A stretch of 64,000 nt of DNA from Felis catus (lineage: Eukaryota), in assembly GCF_018350175.1 (NCBI RefSeq), contig NC_058383.1:10046001-10110000 (forward strand), in the 5' to 3' direction. Shown here in pieces: positions 51,088 through 64,000 of the stretch (position 1 is the first letter of the stretch; every line of letters starts with the position of its first letter). Under the pieces are notes generated by a model that was given only the letters and a program-made list of their open reading frames with translations, was not told the origin of the DNA and did not search any database. A program made the position numbers and the translations under genes.

Positions 51088-53286
51088 CTGAAAACCAAAC
51101 ATGACAAAGGCAACAGCTGAGAGTAGTCATTTTTCTTGAGAGTAACGGTACAAGAGCCAAGAGCCTGGTGTCTCCTTAGACAGCCATGGGCACGACCAAA
51201 CACAATGATCGCTGCTGCAGATGCCCCCAGAACCGAAGGCAAACAAACAAAGGTAGGACAAATTATCCACAGTCTAAGAGAGTTCATTTAAACATTTTCT
51301 GTTTCACAACATATATTCTCAGCGCCAGATGCAGCCAAAATCTTTAAGTTCATGCAACATTTACATTTCTGGAAGGTCAGGGTATACTTAGTAATCCCTG
51401 CTTTCTTACTCACCAAGTATAGTTTGGACCGGGTATTTTCTCACTGTCCAGTGGAAAGGAGTGATGTAGCTGTGCCTCTCAATCTTTCTCACAACACGAG
51501 AGGTGTAGAAAATGCTAAAATCTGCCTGGCATTCTCGGCTATCTCAAGGAGCGTGGTGGTATCTAGAGGCGGTCACTCGGGCCCTTCAGTGGCCCAGGCT
51601 CTACTTGGCCACCTCAAGGACCAAGAAATTCCCATCTGGCATAGTCTGTCTGAAGGCTTAAAATCACCACCTAAGTTAAAAACTAAGGAGTCAAAAGCTC
51701 CTTCCTTTCCCTCCCCTCCAGCAGCTGGTCACCAAATCTGGTCCAGCCTACCGCTCTGACATCAGTGGTGTTCATTCCTTCCTCTCCTGCCACCTTAGTT
51801 CAGGCCTCCTTGTCTCTGGCTTGGCCTCCTGCAACAGGCACCTGACTGCCCTTCCTTCAGTCTCCCGTACTCCAGCCCACACTTCACGCCGTTGCCAGAG
51901 GGATCCCTCTAAATCCTTCAGCGGTTCTCTGCTGCACAAAGGATACAATTCAAACTCCAGGGCTACCCTGGGCAGGCACAGATAGCCCTATCACAACTTA
52001 CAAAATCTTTTCTGACCTACAGGCTTACTGACGACTGTTCCTCCACACAGCAGGATTCCACACTGCGGCCTCGGCTCCAGCGAAGCGGACTAACCTAAGG
52101 CCTGCTTCAAGCACAGGTGTCGGGTATGACCCGCTCTTTCTGGTCTTCCTGGAAAGTCCCGATACATGCCACCAATCGGCTCGAGCACCACTTCCTCCAT
52201 GTCCCAGGTTCCTCTGGGTGACCACCCTATTATGCTCCTGTTGTACCCTGTGCACACCTACATTTACTATTTTACACACCAATTTCCATTGTGCTCTGTG
52301 CAAGCAGGCTCGGGGGCTTACTTGTCCTGTCCTTGGATCTCCAGTGCAGTACCCGGTACCTGGCACACAGCAGGAGTTCAGTAAATGTTCACTGAATGAA
52401 AAGGATGCGATGTAGGCCAGATTGAGGAAACAGAGCCTCGGATGTCTCCCAGAGCTTTGTGATTATTGGCCACCCCGCACATAACTAGAAAACTGTTCCC
52501 TCGTATTCTCCTTCCTCCACCATGCTCACTGACCTCGGGTGGCTGGGGGAGATAGGGAGAGGATCCCTGCACACTCCCAGCCTCGTTCCAAGCCCTTTCT
52601 AGTCTTTACTCCTACAAAGACCACGATCTTCTATGCTAAAACAGAAGCAACATTCTATTGTAAAAAGAATAAAGCTCTGTCACTTTTGAGCTTAGGCAAA
52701 CACCTCTTCTCGGAGTATCGGCTTCCTTTAATAGGGATGATGATAACCGCTTACTTTAGGTCACAGGCCGAGGGGAAGAACAAAAATGAGAAGCTCAATG
52801 CTTCTGAACAGCAGCCACCACACAGGTGTGAAGGCAGTACTGAGACCACAGTGCTGACACAGGCGGGACACTTACTGCAGGCTGGTTCCAGAGGCGGAAC
52901 TTTGCTGACAGTGGATGGGAGAGGCCCTGGCTTTGGGTGGCCTGGTCTAAGGCACTGTCATCCTAAAACATACAGTCTAAAGAAAAGAGTTTCTCATCCA
53001 GAGAACCAGAACCTGACACGAAGCCTGTCACTTACTAGTTATGTACCTCGAGATATGGAACTTCATCTCTCTGAGCCTCGGTTTCCCTACATGGAAAATG
53101 AAGCTGCTATCATCTACTGTGCAGGGTTGCCGTGAGGCTTAAATTAAAAGACTTGATGTAAAGTGCCAGCAAGATACCAACAACACAGCAGGCACTGAAG
53201 TGACACGCAAAGCTATTCTTCTCATTATTAATGGGTTCATCTAAGTGCTGCTTTTCCTGCAAGGAAGACATACGGATGCAACTCAC

Positions 53287-53383
53287 CCTGGAATTCAAGA
53301 AGGAGAGAGGAATTGGCTGAAGCATCAGAGGGAAAGCCATTAGGTTCCCGGGCTGCTGAACTGTTCGATTTTGACTTTTCTTT
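53287..53383 (-). CDS. BCL7B: BCL7B coding exon 3 (KEKSKSNSSAAREPNGFPSDASANSSLLLEFQ)
   Basis: Acceptor TTTTCTAG|, donor AGG|GTGAGT. 97 nt, in frame. Confidence 0.94.
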
Positions 53384-54334
53384 CTAGAAAAGGAAAAAAA
53401 GAGGAATATGACACAGCCAAGTGGGAGACCCACAGAGAGGGAGAAGGGTGCTAGTAAGACACCACAGAGGTCTGGATTACGACTGAACAGGAATAATGAC
53501 AACAGTTTGAGAATCCAGGACCCAAGGAATAACAGAATCCTGGACAAGGTGTCCCCAAGTCTCAGTGTCTCTATGCTGTAAAACGGACCCTTCCAGCACT
53601 AATATGACTCAAAAGTGAGAAACAGACACGTAGGCTTCCACTAGAGCTCCCTGCGGTTCTCTTCTGCTTCCTGCCCTGAGCGAATGCTCTATCCAACTTG
53701 TTCCCTGTGTGGATGGACAGGAAATACAGAGTACTGATTTGAGAAGGATTCTTGTTTGGGTAGCACAGCAGGAAAAAGTGAAAGAATGGACAAAGAAAGG
53801 AGTCGCTTTATATGTAATGCAAGCAGTGATGGGACAAAGGGGCCCCTCTAGTACGATTCCTGACAATCAACCCATCCACTCAAAATGATCACCCCATGTC
53901 TACCTCTGCCTAGAACATCATTTCCTTCGAGCAGGATGCAGGTTACACACATGGGTGACCACAGTGCGGAGGTAAGCACCAGTTGCAACACAGGAACCCA
54001 CAGGAAAGGAAATAATCCATGCGAACGTTTGCAAGTGAGAGCAGCCAAAGTTTAAATCTGGGTAATCTCAAATTTACTAATTTATACTTTTTATACAAGT
54101 CTATTTATTGCACATGCATTTAATATTTGGTAACAGCTCTCAATCCTCTCTCTGCAACGAGTCAACTGTACATACTCGTGCACGTCTTTCCCTTCATTTT
54201 TTCCACATGCAGACATAACTTTAAGGCAATTACACTTTACATTTCACCACATGAACTACAGAAACACAATTTTTACTAGCTGCATTATATTCCATAAACC
54301 GTAATTCACTTAATCGCTTCTTACCTATTGGTAA

Positions 54335-54376
54335 TTTTTTATAAATGTTTGTTTATTTTGAGAGAGAGAGAGAGAG

Positions 54377-54427
<51 letters not shown>

Positions 54428-55370
54428 CCCAAGCAGGCTCCACGCTGTCAGCATGGAACCCGACTCAGGGCTTGATCTCACGAGCTGCAAAATCATGACC
54501 TGAGCTGAAATCAGGAGTCAAAATGCTTAACTGACTGAGCCACCCAGCTACCGCTCACCTATTGGCCATTTAGCTTTAACTTATTTCGGGTTGTTTTGTT
54601 TTGTTTTTTTCGGTTTGTGTTTATTTAATGCCACTAGGAATAAAGCCACAATGCTCAACTTTCACTTCTTCTCTGGGTCATTTTATTTTGATAAATTCAC
54701 ACACAAAATATTCCTTCTAGATCAAAAAGTATAAACATATGATGTTTCTTGAAATACACTGTACCTCATGACTCTCTAAAAGGATCATAGAAATGTATTT
54801 GGTACAGATGCCAACATCTGGCTTCATCATTTTTTTCTGATCTCTCATTTGTTTTAATTTTAATGATTCTGTGTTCGGTAAGATACGTATTCAGTTTGAA
54901 AATTCTGAAAATACAGAAAAAGGAAATCACCTGTACAACCAGACAACCTATCTATATATTTGTATGAAGATGGATCATGATATAGTATTGCAACCTATTT
55001 CCCTCCCCCAATTATCTGTATTAAAAACATTTTCCAGGGCACATGGCTGGCTCAGTCAGTGGAGCGTGCGACTCTTGCTCTTGAGGTTCTAAGTTTGAGC
55101 CCCATGCTGAATGCAGAGAGGACTTAAAAATAAAATCGTTAAGGGGCGCCTGGGTGGCTCAGTCAGTTAAGGGTCCAACTTCTGCTCAAGTCATGATCTT
55201 ACGGTTTGTGGGTCTGAGTCCCGCGTTGGGCTCTGTGCTGACAGCTCAGAGCCTGGAGCCTGCTTCAGATTCTGTGTCTCCCTCTCTCTCTGCCCCTCCC
55301 CCACTCACATGCCCGCCCTCCCCCCCCCCAATAAATAAAAACATCAAAAAAATTTTTTTTAATCTTTAAA
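54335..55370. mobile_element. CanSINEs in BCL7B intron 2 (-54335..54553 with (GA)n; +55037; +55143)
   Basis: Typical bodies, (GA)n at ~54359-54424. Confidence 0.85.
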
Positions 55371-56599
55371 AAATGTTTTCCCCTGTCACTTGAATACTCT
55401 TCTAGAACATCTTTTATAATGGTTACAAAGCTTTACAAGATAACAGGTGCATGATAACTTAATGAATTCTCCACAATACAATCTATTTTGTTTGCAATTC
55501 TTAAACACTCTGAACCATATTATAATGCTCAACAATGTAGACGTACCTTGTACACATCATGATTATCTCCTGAGAATAAGTTCCTAGAGATAAAACTTCT
55601 AGATCAAAGGGATAAACGTTTTGAAAACGATCCCCCCCTCCACTGTACTGAGGTATAACTGACAACTAAACTGGTAAGGTATTTACAGTGCACACTGGGG
55701 ACATGCCAGGCCATACACTGTGGAAGGGCTCCCGCCATCCAGTTCATTAGCACCGCCATCACTGAAAACTTTTCAATGTACATGTGAGAGCAGCCTAACC
55801 TGTGTAAAGTTTGTACCAATCTACCCTCGTCAACGGTGTCTCACTCCCTTGGATCTTTCCCACTTTCTCTTCACCAATTTGATCATCGTCTCCTATTTTG
55901 CCTAATGTAGCAGATATATACTAGTACCTTAGAAGATGGCACACCACTGTGAACCACTGGAGGACAGATAAACTGATGGACCTCAGCAAACACTGCGAGA
56001 AGCCCTTGGGAGACACAAAGGGAACCAGGTCCTAGGCAGGGAGAATGTGTTGTTGTTGTTTTAAATGTTTATTAATTAATTCATCTATTTAGAGAGAGAG
56101 AGAGCCTAACAGACTAAGACACCCAGGTGCCCCTGGCAGGCGGAATCTGAATTAGGAAATATGTGAGAAATGCATTGGGGCAGGGAAGGGCTTTCTACCA
56201 GTGCACCCCCCTCTCCACATACCCAAGAGATTTAATTGTCTGACCTTCGACCCCTAGTGGGTAATGGCACCACTAGAGCCAGAGCTGGATGAAAAATAAA
56301 GGGTGGCTCCAGAGCTCCCCTAACTTTCACCCAGCAGCTCTCTGGGGCTGGCAATGACAAGGAAGGCTGGCGGCTCCCAGATAAAGTGGCATCTGGAAGA
56401 CTGGTACTAGGGACTTCCCTGGGAGGCAGGGGGAGAGGGACAGGGGATAAGGGAAAGGCTGAATCCCAAGGCTCACACAATGGCCTAAATTCACTCAGAG
56501 GAAGGAAAACCAGAGCCTGGGCTTACATCCTCCCTCAGTTACATACTTCTAGCCATGGCAGCTCAGAGTCCCCCGGGAATAAAAACTGAGTGCACAGAA

Positions 56600-59500
56600 G
56601 AAACTAACCAGACTCCGGAGGAAACAAGCACCAGGAAAGACGAGAAACAGAACAAGCTACACCGGAAGAAGGACACTAACAGGACACGAGAATTTCAATA
56701 AAACACTGTAGGTCTCCTCAGAAAGAAGAGGATACTGGAAATTTGTTCTGAAGAACCACCAACTTGAGGAAATTTGGTGTGAATGATGTAATTGTAATAA
56801 CAGGACAAACATACAAAAAATAAGCAAGGATACAGAAAATTTGGGTAATATAATAAATGCTTGTTTATTGTTTAATTTCGTACCTAGAGAGTATATTTGT
56901 TTTAATCACAAGTGAATGGTCCAAAAATCAATCACGTACTAGACCAGATAAAAAAAAGTCCCGATAATCCCAAAGAACGAATATCCTACCAATCCAATAC
57001 AATCAGAACACCACTTTTAAAAAGACAGCTAAAAAATAATCCCACACAGGGGCACATGTGTGGCTCAGTCGGTTGAGCGTCTGACTTTGGCTCAGGTCAT
57101 GATCTCATAGTTGGTGAGTTTGAGCCCCGTTTCGGGCTCTGTGCTGATGGCTCAAAGCCTGGGGCCTGCTTTGGATTCTGTGTCTCCCTCTCTCTCTGCT
57201 CTTCCCCCACTCATGTTCTGTCTCTCTCTCCTTCAGAAATAAATAAACATTAAAAAAAATTCTTTTTTAAATCTCACATCTAGAAATTAAAAATCATTGT
57301 ATTAAACTTTGGATTGGAGCGCCTGGGTGGCTCAGTCAGTTAAGGGTCCAACTTCGGTTCAGGTTGCGATCTCATGGTTTGTGAGTTTGAGCCCCACTTC
57401 AGGCTCTGTGCTGACAGCTCAGAACCTGGAGTGTGCTTCGGATTCTGTGTCTCCCTCTCTCTCTCTGCCCCTCTGCTGCTTGTGCTCTCCCTCAAAAATA
57501 AATAACCATTAAAAAAATAATCAAAATAAAACAAATTTTGGATTAAAGAGGGAAACTAAAGAGGAATTTATAAAAAACTTAAAACAATTACACTATCGAT
57601 GACATTTTGATATGCATATATGTCAAAATTTGGGAGACAACTAATGTGAAAAAAAAATTTGTTTTCAGTAATCTCTATGCCCAAGGCGGGGCTCAAACTC
57701 ACAAGATCAAGAGTCGCATGCTCCACCGACTGAGCCAGCTAGACATCCCTAAAGTGAAATGTATTTTTTTAAAAGAAAACAAAACTGGAAAAAAAAGTGC
57801 TAAGTTTAATACAAGGAGCTAGAAAAAGTACAACAGAGTAAACCCAATAAAACATAAAAGGAAAGAACAATGGCAACAACTAACGAAACAGAGAACAAAG
57901 CAAACAAAAGATGAACAAAAATTACGAGATTTTTTTGATAAAGATTTTAGGAGAGACAATAAACTCGATCATATTATGGAAATATGAATATTATGAATAA
58001 CTACATACCAATACATTTGAAAACTCTGATCAGTGTTCTTCAGCAGGGGTGTTGCTGGCATTTGAACAGGGCCAATTAATTCTTTATTATACAAGACTGA
58101 GTCATGAACTGCCAAAAGGTTAGCATTACTGGCCAACAGGGAAGTGCCCTGCCTCATTTCTACACACTTCTGGGGAAATGAAGAAAGGCGGAGGACCTAG
58201 CACTGCACTCTCCTAAAGAACCAATTTCTGGGAAATACATAAAATGCAAAATAAATGCCAAAAAAAGAGAAAATCTAAATACACCAATCACCATTAAAGC
58301 CACCATAACAATCATCCCTCAACCAAAAGCCCAGAAAGTACTAAAAGTGAGTTCTACCAAACTTAATTTTGTTCTAGAAATCAAAAGAGAGGGGCAATTG
58401 CCTAATTTGTTTTAGGAGGCTAATGTAATCTTAATGCCATAACAAGGTAAGGATAATATATTAAAAGAAAATTATAAACCAATTTCACTTATGACCCAGA
58501 TGCAAGTACCTCAAATGAAGTATCTTAAATGTGAACTGAACACCAGCTTATATGTGGGGAAGCATATCCAAGTAGAATTTCTCTTTGGCATGTAAGAATG
58601 TAAAAGGGTCTGGGGCGCCTGGGTGGCGCAGTCGGTTAAGCGTCCGACTTCAGCCAGGTCACGATCTCGCGGTCCGTGAGTTCGAGCCCCGCGTCGGGCT
58701 CTGGGCTGATGGCTCAGAGCCTGGAGCCTGTTTCTGATTCTGTGTCTCCCTCTCTCTCTGCCCCTCCCCCGTTCATGCTCTGTCTCTTTCTGTCCCAAAA
58801 ATATATAAAAACGTTGAAAAAAAATTAAAAAAAAAAAAAAGAATGTAAAAGGGTCAACATCAGAAATTTTATTAATTCACCATACTAATACATTAAAGAT
58901 TAGAGGAGGCAAATCACATGAACATTTCAGTAAGCTCAGGAAAAGCAGCTGGATCAAGTCTAACATCTATTCATAATTTTTAATAAATCTTAGAAACCTA
59001 AAAAGAGAAGGGAGTATTTATTTTATTATTATTATCGTTAATATTTCAGAGGTAGCACACACTAGCGCAAGAGAGGGGCTGAGAGAGAGGGAGAGAGAGA
59101 ATCCCAAGCAGACTCCATGCTCAGCGCTGAGCCCGATGTGGGCTTGATCCCGTGACCCTGGGATCATGACCTGAGCCGAAATCAAGAGTGGGATACTCAA
59201 CCAACTGAGCCATCCAGGCACCCTGGGAAGTTTTGTTTTGATAAAGGCTATCTTCCCAATAAACCTACAGCAAGAGAGAAAACTCGCCCTACTTAATATT
59301 AATACTAAAAACTGATGGTAAATAAAAATCATTCCAGTGCAGCAGGAGATAAAATTACAACAAAACAGAATGGAGAGCTGAAAAACAGATCTAGATATGA
59401 ATATGGCACACAACACAGATGACATCCCAAGTCAGCGGAGAAAGAATAGATTGTTTAGTAAACAGTATTAGGTGAAAAAGCTCTCTGTATGAAGGAAAAT

Positions 59501-61850
59501 TAAAATTAGATCCATATCTCCACCATTAAAAAACAACAATAGCCAAAAATCTAACAGGACCAACTCTTGATTTTGGCTCAGGTCACGATCTAACAGTTCA
59601 TGAGTCTGAGCTCTGTGTCAGGCTGTACACTGACAGTGCGGAGCCTGCTTGTGATTCTCTCTCTCCCTCTCTCTCTGCCCCTCCCTGGCTCACACTGTCT
59701 CTGTCTCTCTCAAAATAAATAAATAAACCTAAGAAAAAAAAACAAAACCTAACAGAAGATGGGAGATGTTCTTTATGACCATGCAGTGGAGAATAATTTT
59801 CAAACAAGATTCAAAAAGCAAAACCCATATGAAAAAATTTGTTTGACACAAAATTAAAGGACATTATTGACAAAGTTCTCAGACAGGTGACATGTCAGAC
59901 AGATGCCTGCAATGTACAAAAGTGACCAGAGTTTTCTGTAGCTATCAATGAATCCATGCAAATCAGAAAAGACAGGAAACCCAATACAAAAAATGCAAAA
60001 GAAATCAGAGAAGAGGTATTTAAATGGATAAAAGGAAGTATGAATGGAAACCTGAAGAGAGACAATTATCAACCTCCTGAGTAATCAGAGAAATGCAAAA
60101 TAAACAAAGAGCTTGAAGACTGGCAGGACTGGTTATATCAAATGCCATGAAGTTGTGGCAGTGTGAGCCCCCGGGTACCCCTGGGGAAGTGTACTAACTA
60201 TGCTGGTGCAGCCCTTCTCAGGAGAGATTGGGCAGCAGTCAGTAAAAACGATTCGTGTGCACGCCCCGGGACAGCAATCCCACTCCTGGGCATCTAACCC
60301 ACGAGTCCTCCAGAAGAATGGGATGGTTTAGGGGATGTCATCTGTGCTACCAAAAAGCTACAGCTTTTGGTAGAAAGTACAGAAACAGACCCATATTTGG
60401 ACACTTGAAATACGACAAAGGTGGCTCTACAGAGCAGGAGGAAAAGAACAATCTTTTCAATAACTGGCGCTGGGACAAATGCACATCCACGTGGAAAAAA
60501 ATGAAATCAGGCCCTTACTTCAAAATACACAGAAATCAGTGCCAGGTGTGTTATAAATGGGAACTGAATAATGAACTTTTAGAAGACTATACGGAGATGA
60601 TCTTTGTGGCCTCAAAGAAGGAAAAGGTAATTATTAAAAAAAAGATTAATTAATTCGTCTACATTAAAATTCAAAACTTTCAGGGGCCTGGCTGGCTCAG
60701 TCAGGATAGCATGTGACTCTTCATCTCAGGGTCGTGAGTTCAAGCCCCACCGTGGGTGTAGAGATTACTTAAAGTAACACCTTTAAAAAAAAATTTTTTT
60801 TAAAGTTATGTACTCAAGGCAGCCTAAAGAGAGTGCAAAGACAAGCCATGGAATGGAAAAAGGTATGAAGAGTATACAATCGATGAAGGCTTTGTGTCCA
60901 GAATATAGAAAATTCCTGTAAGTCACAAGGAAAAAAACAATCAAAGAGACTTAAAGAGCCACTTTCTGAAACAGGAAATCCAAAAGGTTCAGTCCTAAAC
61001 ATTAAAAACATGTTCAAACTCGTTAGTTTTTACATAAGTAGTCACCAAACTAAAATCACAACTTATCTTTATATATAAGTAACAATACCAACTGTTGAGG
61101 ATTTGGTGCAATGAGAACTCTATTCCTGGTGGGAATGTAAATTGGTACAACCACTCTGAGAAACAGTTTAGCATTAGCTACTCAAGGTCAACATATGTAC
61201 ACTCTAAGACCCAGCAATTCCACTCATAAGAATATCTCCTAGGAAAACCCATGCACAGGCTGACCCATATACTGAGTAAGAATGTTCACAGGAGCATTGT
61301 TTCTATTACCCCAAATGGCGAACAACCCAAAAAGCCATCTACAGGAGGATCAGAGAAGTAAATCAGGACACGAGGCCTATAATAAAATTCCAAACAGCAA
61401 TGAAAAGGGACAAATGCTCCAAAGATAACATGAGTGAATGTTACCAACCTAACGCCGAGCACAAAAAGCAAGACACAGGAAAACAGATACTTCATGATGC
61501 TGTTTATATAAACTTAAAAATGTTTACAAAGGACTAGAGAAGTGGTAAGAAAAGCAAAAGTAGGAAAGAGAATTCTAGCGGGGGAGGGGACACCATCAAG
61601 AGTCAAACACAGGCCTCTGGGGAAGTTGGCAATGCTCTGTTTGTTGACCTGGGTGGTTTTTACAAGGGTACTAGTTTTATGTTTTTTCATTATACTGACC
61701 GTACATTTATGTTTTATATACTGTCTGTACGTGTTTGATATTTGAGCTTTTTAAAAACAATTAGAGAAGAAAAGTTGGAGACAATCTACATGTTTGTCAC
61801 TCAGGGAAAGTAGATAAATGTGGTCATTGCATATAAGAAAATACAATGCA
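56600..61850 (+). mobile_element. Degenerate L1 fragments (antisense to BCL7B) interrupted by multiple CanSINEs
   Basis: A-rich L1 motifs (TATGACAAAGGTGG-like, GGTGGGAATGTAAATTGGTACAACCACT, GACCCAGCAATTCCACTC). Confidence 0.75.
58612..58838 (+). mobile_element. Very young SINEC_Fc
   Basis: CpG-intact body. Perfect 17-bp TSD AAGAATGTAAAAGGGTC (58594-58610, 58839-58855). Confidence 0.93.
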
Positions 61851-62461
61851 AGATTCGAAGTTAATAATTCTATTCACAGCTACAGAAAGCACAGTGCTCT
61901 ATAAATTTTAAAATATGAACATGATACAATGCTGTGTATTTTTCAAGAATACACAGCTATCCACATAAACCCATGGAAGAGGAATTTAAAAAGTATATAT
62001 ATATATTTAAAACACATATAATGTACTATAACGGACAGCTATTTGGCTAAGAGCAAGAGTCAGCAAACTTCTTACAAGGCCATGTAAGAAATACTTTAGA
62101 CTTCGCAGGCTTTTAGGTCTTATGGCAATGACTCAACTCTGCCATTTGAACTCAAAAGCGGCCACAGACAACAAGGAAATCAATAGGCATGGCTGTGTAC
62201 TAATTAAACTATACTATCACAGGGAGCAGGCTGAGGGTGTGGTTCATCGAGCCTTGAAAAAGAGGAATGGGTTAAGGAAAGGAAATAAAAGGGGGTAAAG
62301 AAAGAGAGACTTTCCATGGATCAACCACAGAGGGCGCCCCTGACGTACTTGCAGCTCAATTCTGAGGAAATAAATTCCTTTATAATTAAGAGACAATCAA
62401 GGAAAGAAAAGAAGGAAGTAAATGGTACCTTTTTGTTGTTTTGATTTTCTTCCACACTTAC

Positions 62462-62537
62462 CTCCTTGCTGTCTGTTACAGGAACCCATTTAAATATCCT
62501 AAGGGATGTGTCACCCACAGTCACCCACTTTTTCTCC
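62462..62537 (-). CDS. BCL7B: BCL7B coding exon 2 ([25 protein letters not shown]), BCL7 N-terminal domain
   Basis: Acceptor TTTCAG|, donor GAG|GTAAGT. 76 nt. Hallmark BCL7 motif. Exon 1 is outside the window. Confidence 0.95.
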
Positions 62538-62646
62538 CTGAAAGAAAGACACTTCTTAAAACCAATAAATAATGAAACAGATTTTCTGTTCATAATGTGA
62601 TTTTATACTTCTCAGCAACTTATTCCTTCAATCTTTTACAAATAAC

Positions 62647-62914
62647 TTTTTTTAATGTTTATTTAATTTTGAGGGGGGGCGGATCTGAAGCAGGCTCCAC
62701 GCTGACAGCAGAGCATGACAAAGAGCTCAAACTCACCAACCGGGATATCAGAACCTCAGCCCAAGTCAGATGCTTAACTGACTGAGCCACCCAGATGCCC
62801 TCCCACCAATTTTTAAATTTATTTTAGTAACCTCTGCACCCAACATGGGGCTCAAACTCATGACCCTGACATCAAGAGTCACATGCTCTTCCAACTGAGC
62901 CAGCCAGGCACCCC
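62647..62914 (-). mobile_element. Two minus-strand CanSINEs upstream of BCL7B exon 2
   Basis: Reverse-complement SINE bodies ending ...GCCACCCAGATGCCC and ...GCCAGCCAGGCACCCC. Confidence 0.8.
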
Positions 62915-64000
62915 ACATTCCTTCAATCTTAAATGCCTTCCAAACTTCCTCTCCATCAAATTACACTTTACCTTTTGATGCAAAATCAACCCTTCCAAAA
63001 AGACGTCTCTATCAAATTCCTTTGGGTCCAAACCCTCTACTTGCCTTTCCTCATGTGCAGTGTACCAAAGCCCTTCTTATCTCACTGACGACACCAAGTA
63101 CTGGCACATTTTCACACTCTGGTATCTACCTGGCATTACTTCTTTATTTTCCAAAAATTAATTCAATTCCACTGATGTTTACAAAGCCCTATTATACAAG
63201 ACCCTGCAGAAGACAAAGGATGTGTTAACATACGGTCCTGACCTCAGGAGCACAAAGGAATAAAAAGTCAAGTAAGGAAATCAGTGTAACACATGAAGGT
63301 GATAAGGAAGTTGAGAAGGCTGCAAGACGGTTAAGATGAGGACATCCCCTGGCAAGGAGAACTCCTAGGACCCCTGTGGAACTCTAGGTTGAAACACAAT
63401 TCTGTTTAAAAATAATCACAGGAACAGAACAGGATGCTTCCAAGTCTTACACTGGTTTCTGAAAGAGGTGAAGACTAAGCCATAAAAAGACTGCTTTAAG
63501 GTTTTATCTTACAAAGGAAGTTACTTAAAAAATGAGTTTTCCCCCCATTCTTGAATAAGGACGAGATTATGGACAAGCAGAGTTGGGGAGCCTGAAGTAT
63601 GACTTCTGAAAATTTCAAGTCCAAATGTGAGGTTACAAAAAAAGCAAAAAAAGTAACTGTGTGCCTGCTGATATTGAGAATGCTGTTCAGCAAATAGAAG
63701 AATGAACTACATACTTAAGACATTGAAATTAATTCCTATACAGAGCACTCCACTTTCTCATTTATTCAATAAATATTTGCTACACATGACCCTGTGCTAG
63801 ACCCTGGGCACACAGGGAGCAAGATATACGGTCCCTAGCCTCACAGAGCCTCCATTTCAATTGGAAACAGACACCAAACAACGCATTTCACAGTCGCTTA
63901 ATCATTAGGCTTAAACACATCAAATTTCCACTTGTGTTAAGTTGAAAAGTCAAATATAGGAAATATCTTACAATTCAACCTAATACAATTGAGGAAAGTA

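Noticed and set aside
52539..53547. 198-aa (+) and 145-aa (-) ORFs in BCL7B introns
   Set aside because: No recognisable domain, partly MIR-like. The minus ORF crosses BCL7B exon 3 in a different frame.

Overview
Mammalian genomic DNA, most likely a felid, judging by the dense CanSINE/SINEC_Fc-type tRNA-derived SINEs. The window is syntenic with the Williams-Beuren syndrome region and holds parts of two minus-strand genes. BCL7B: coding exons 2-6 plus the 3' UTR (62537 down to ~48910); exon 1 lies beyond the right edge. BAZ1B/WSTF: CpG-island promoter and coding exons 1-7 (39355 down to 641), starting about 9 kb downstream of BCL7B; the rest lies beyond the left edge. All exon boundaries were read from GT/AG sites and join in frame. 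Introns and the intergenic region are packed with SINEs, L1/L2 fragments, MER DNA-transposon relics and microsatellites. Most notable observations: a candidate 125-nt poison (NMD) cassette exon in BAZ1B intron 6; a U12-type (minor spliceosome) intron 1; a 9-codon uORF in the BAZ1B 5' UTR; a 3'-truncated U2 snRNA retrocopy; an orphan 56-nt polyadenylated insert at a reused target site; a perfect 51-bp duplication of an AP-1 site; and very young SINE insertions. No prokaryote-type systems (CRISPR etc.) are present. Repeat family names and comparisons to human proteins are from memory, not from database searches, and repeat boundaries are approximate.
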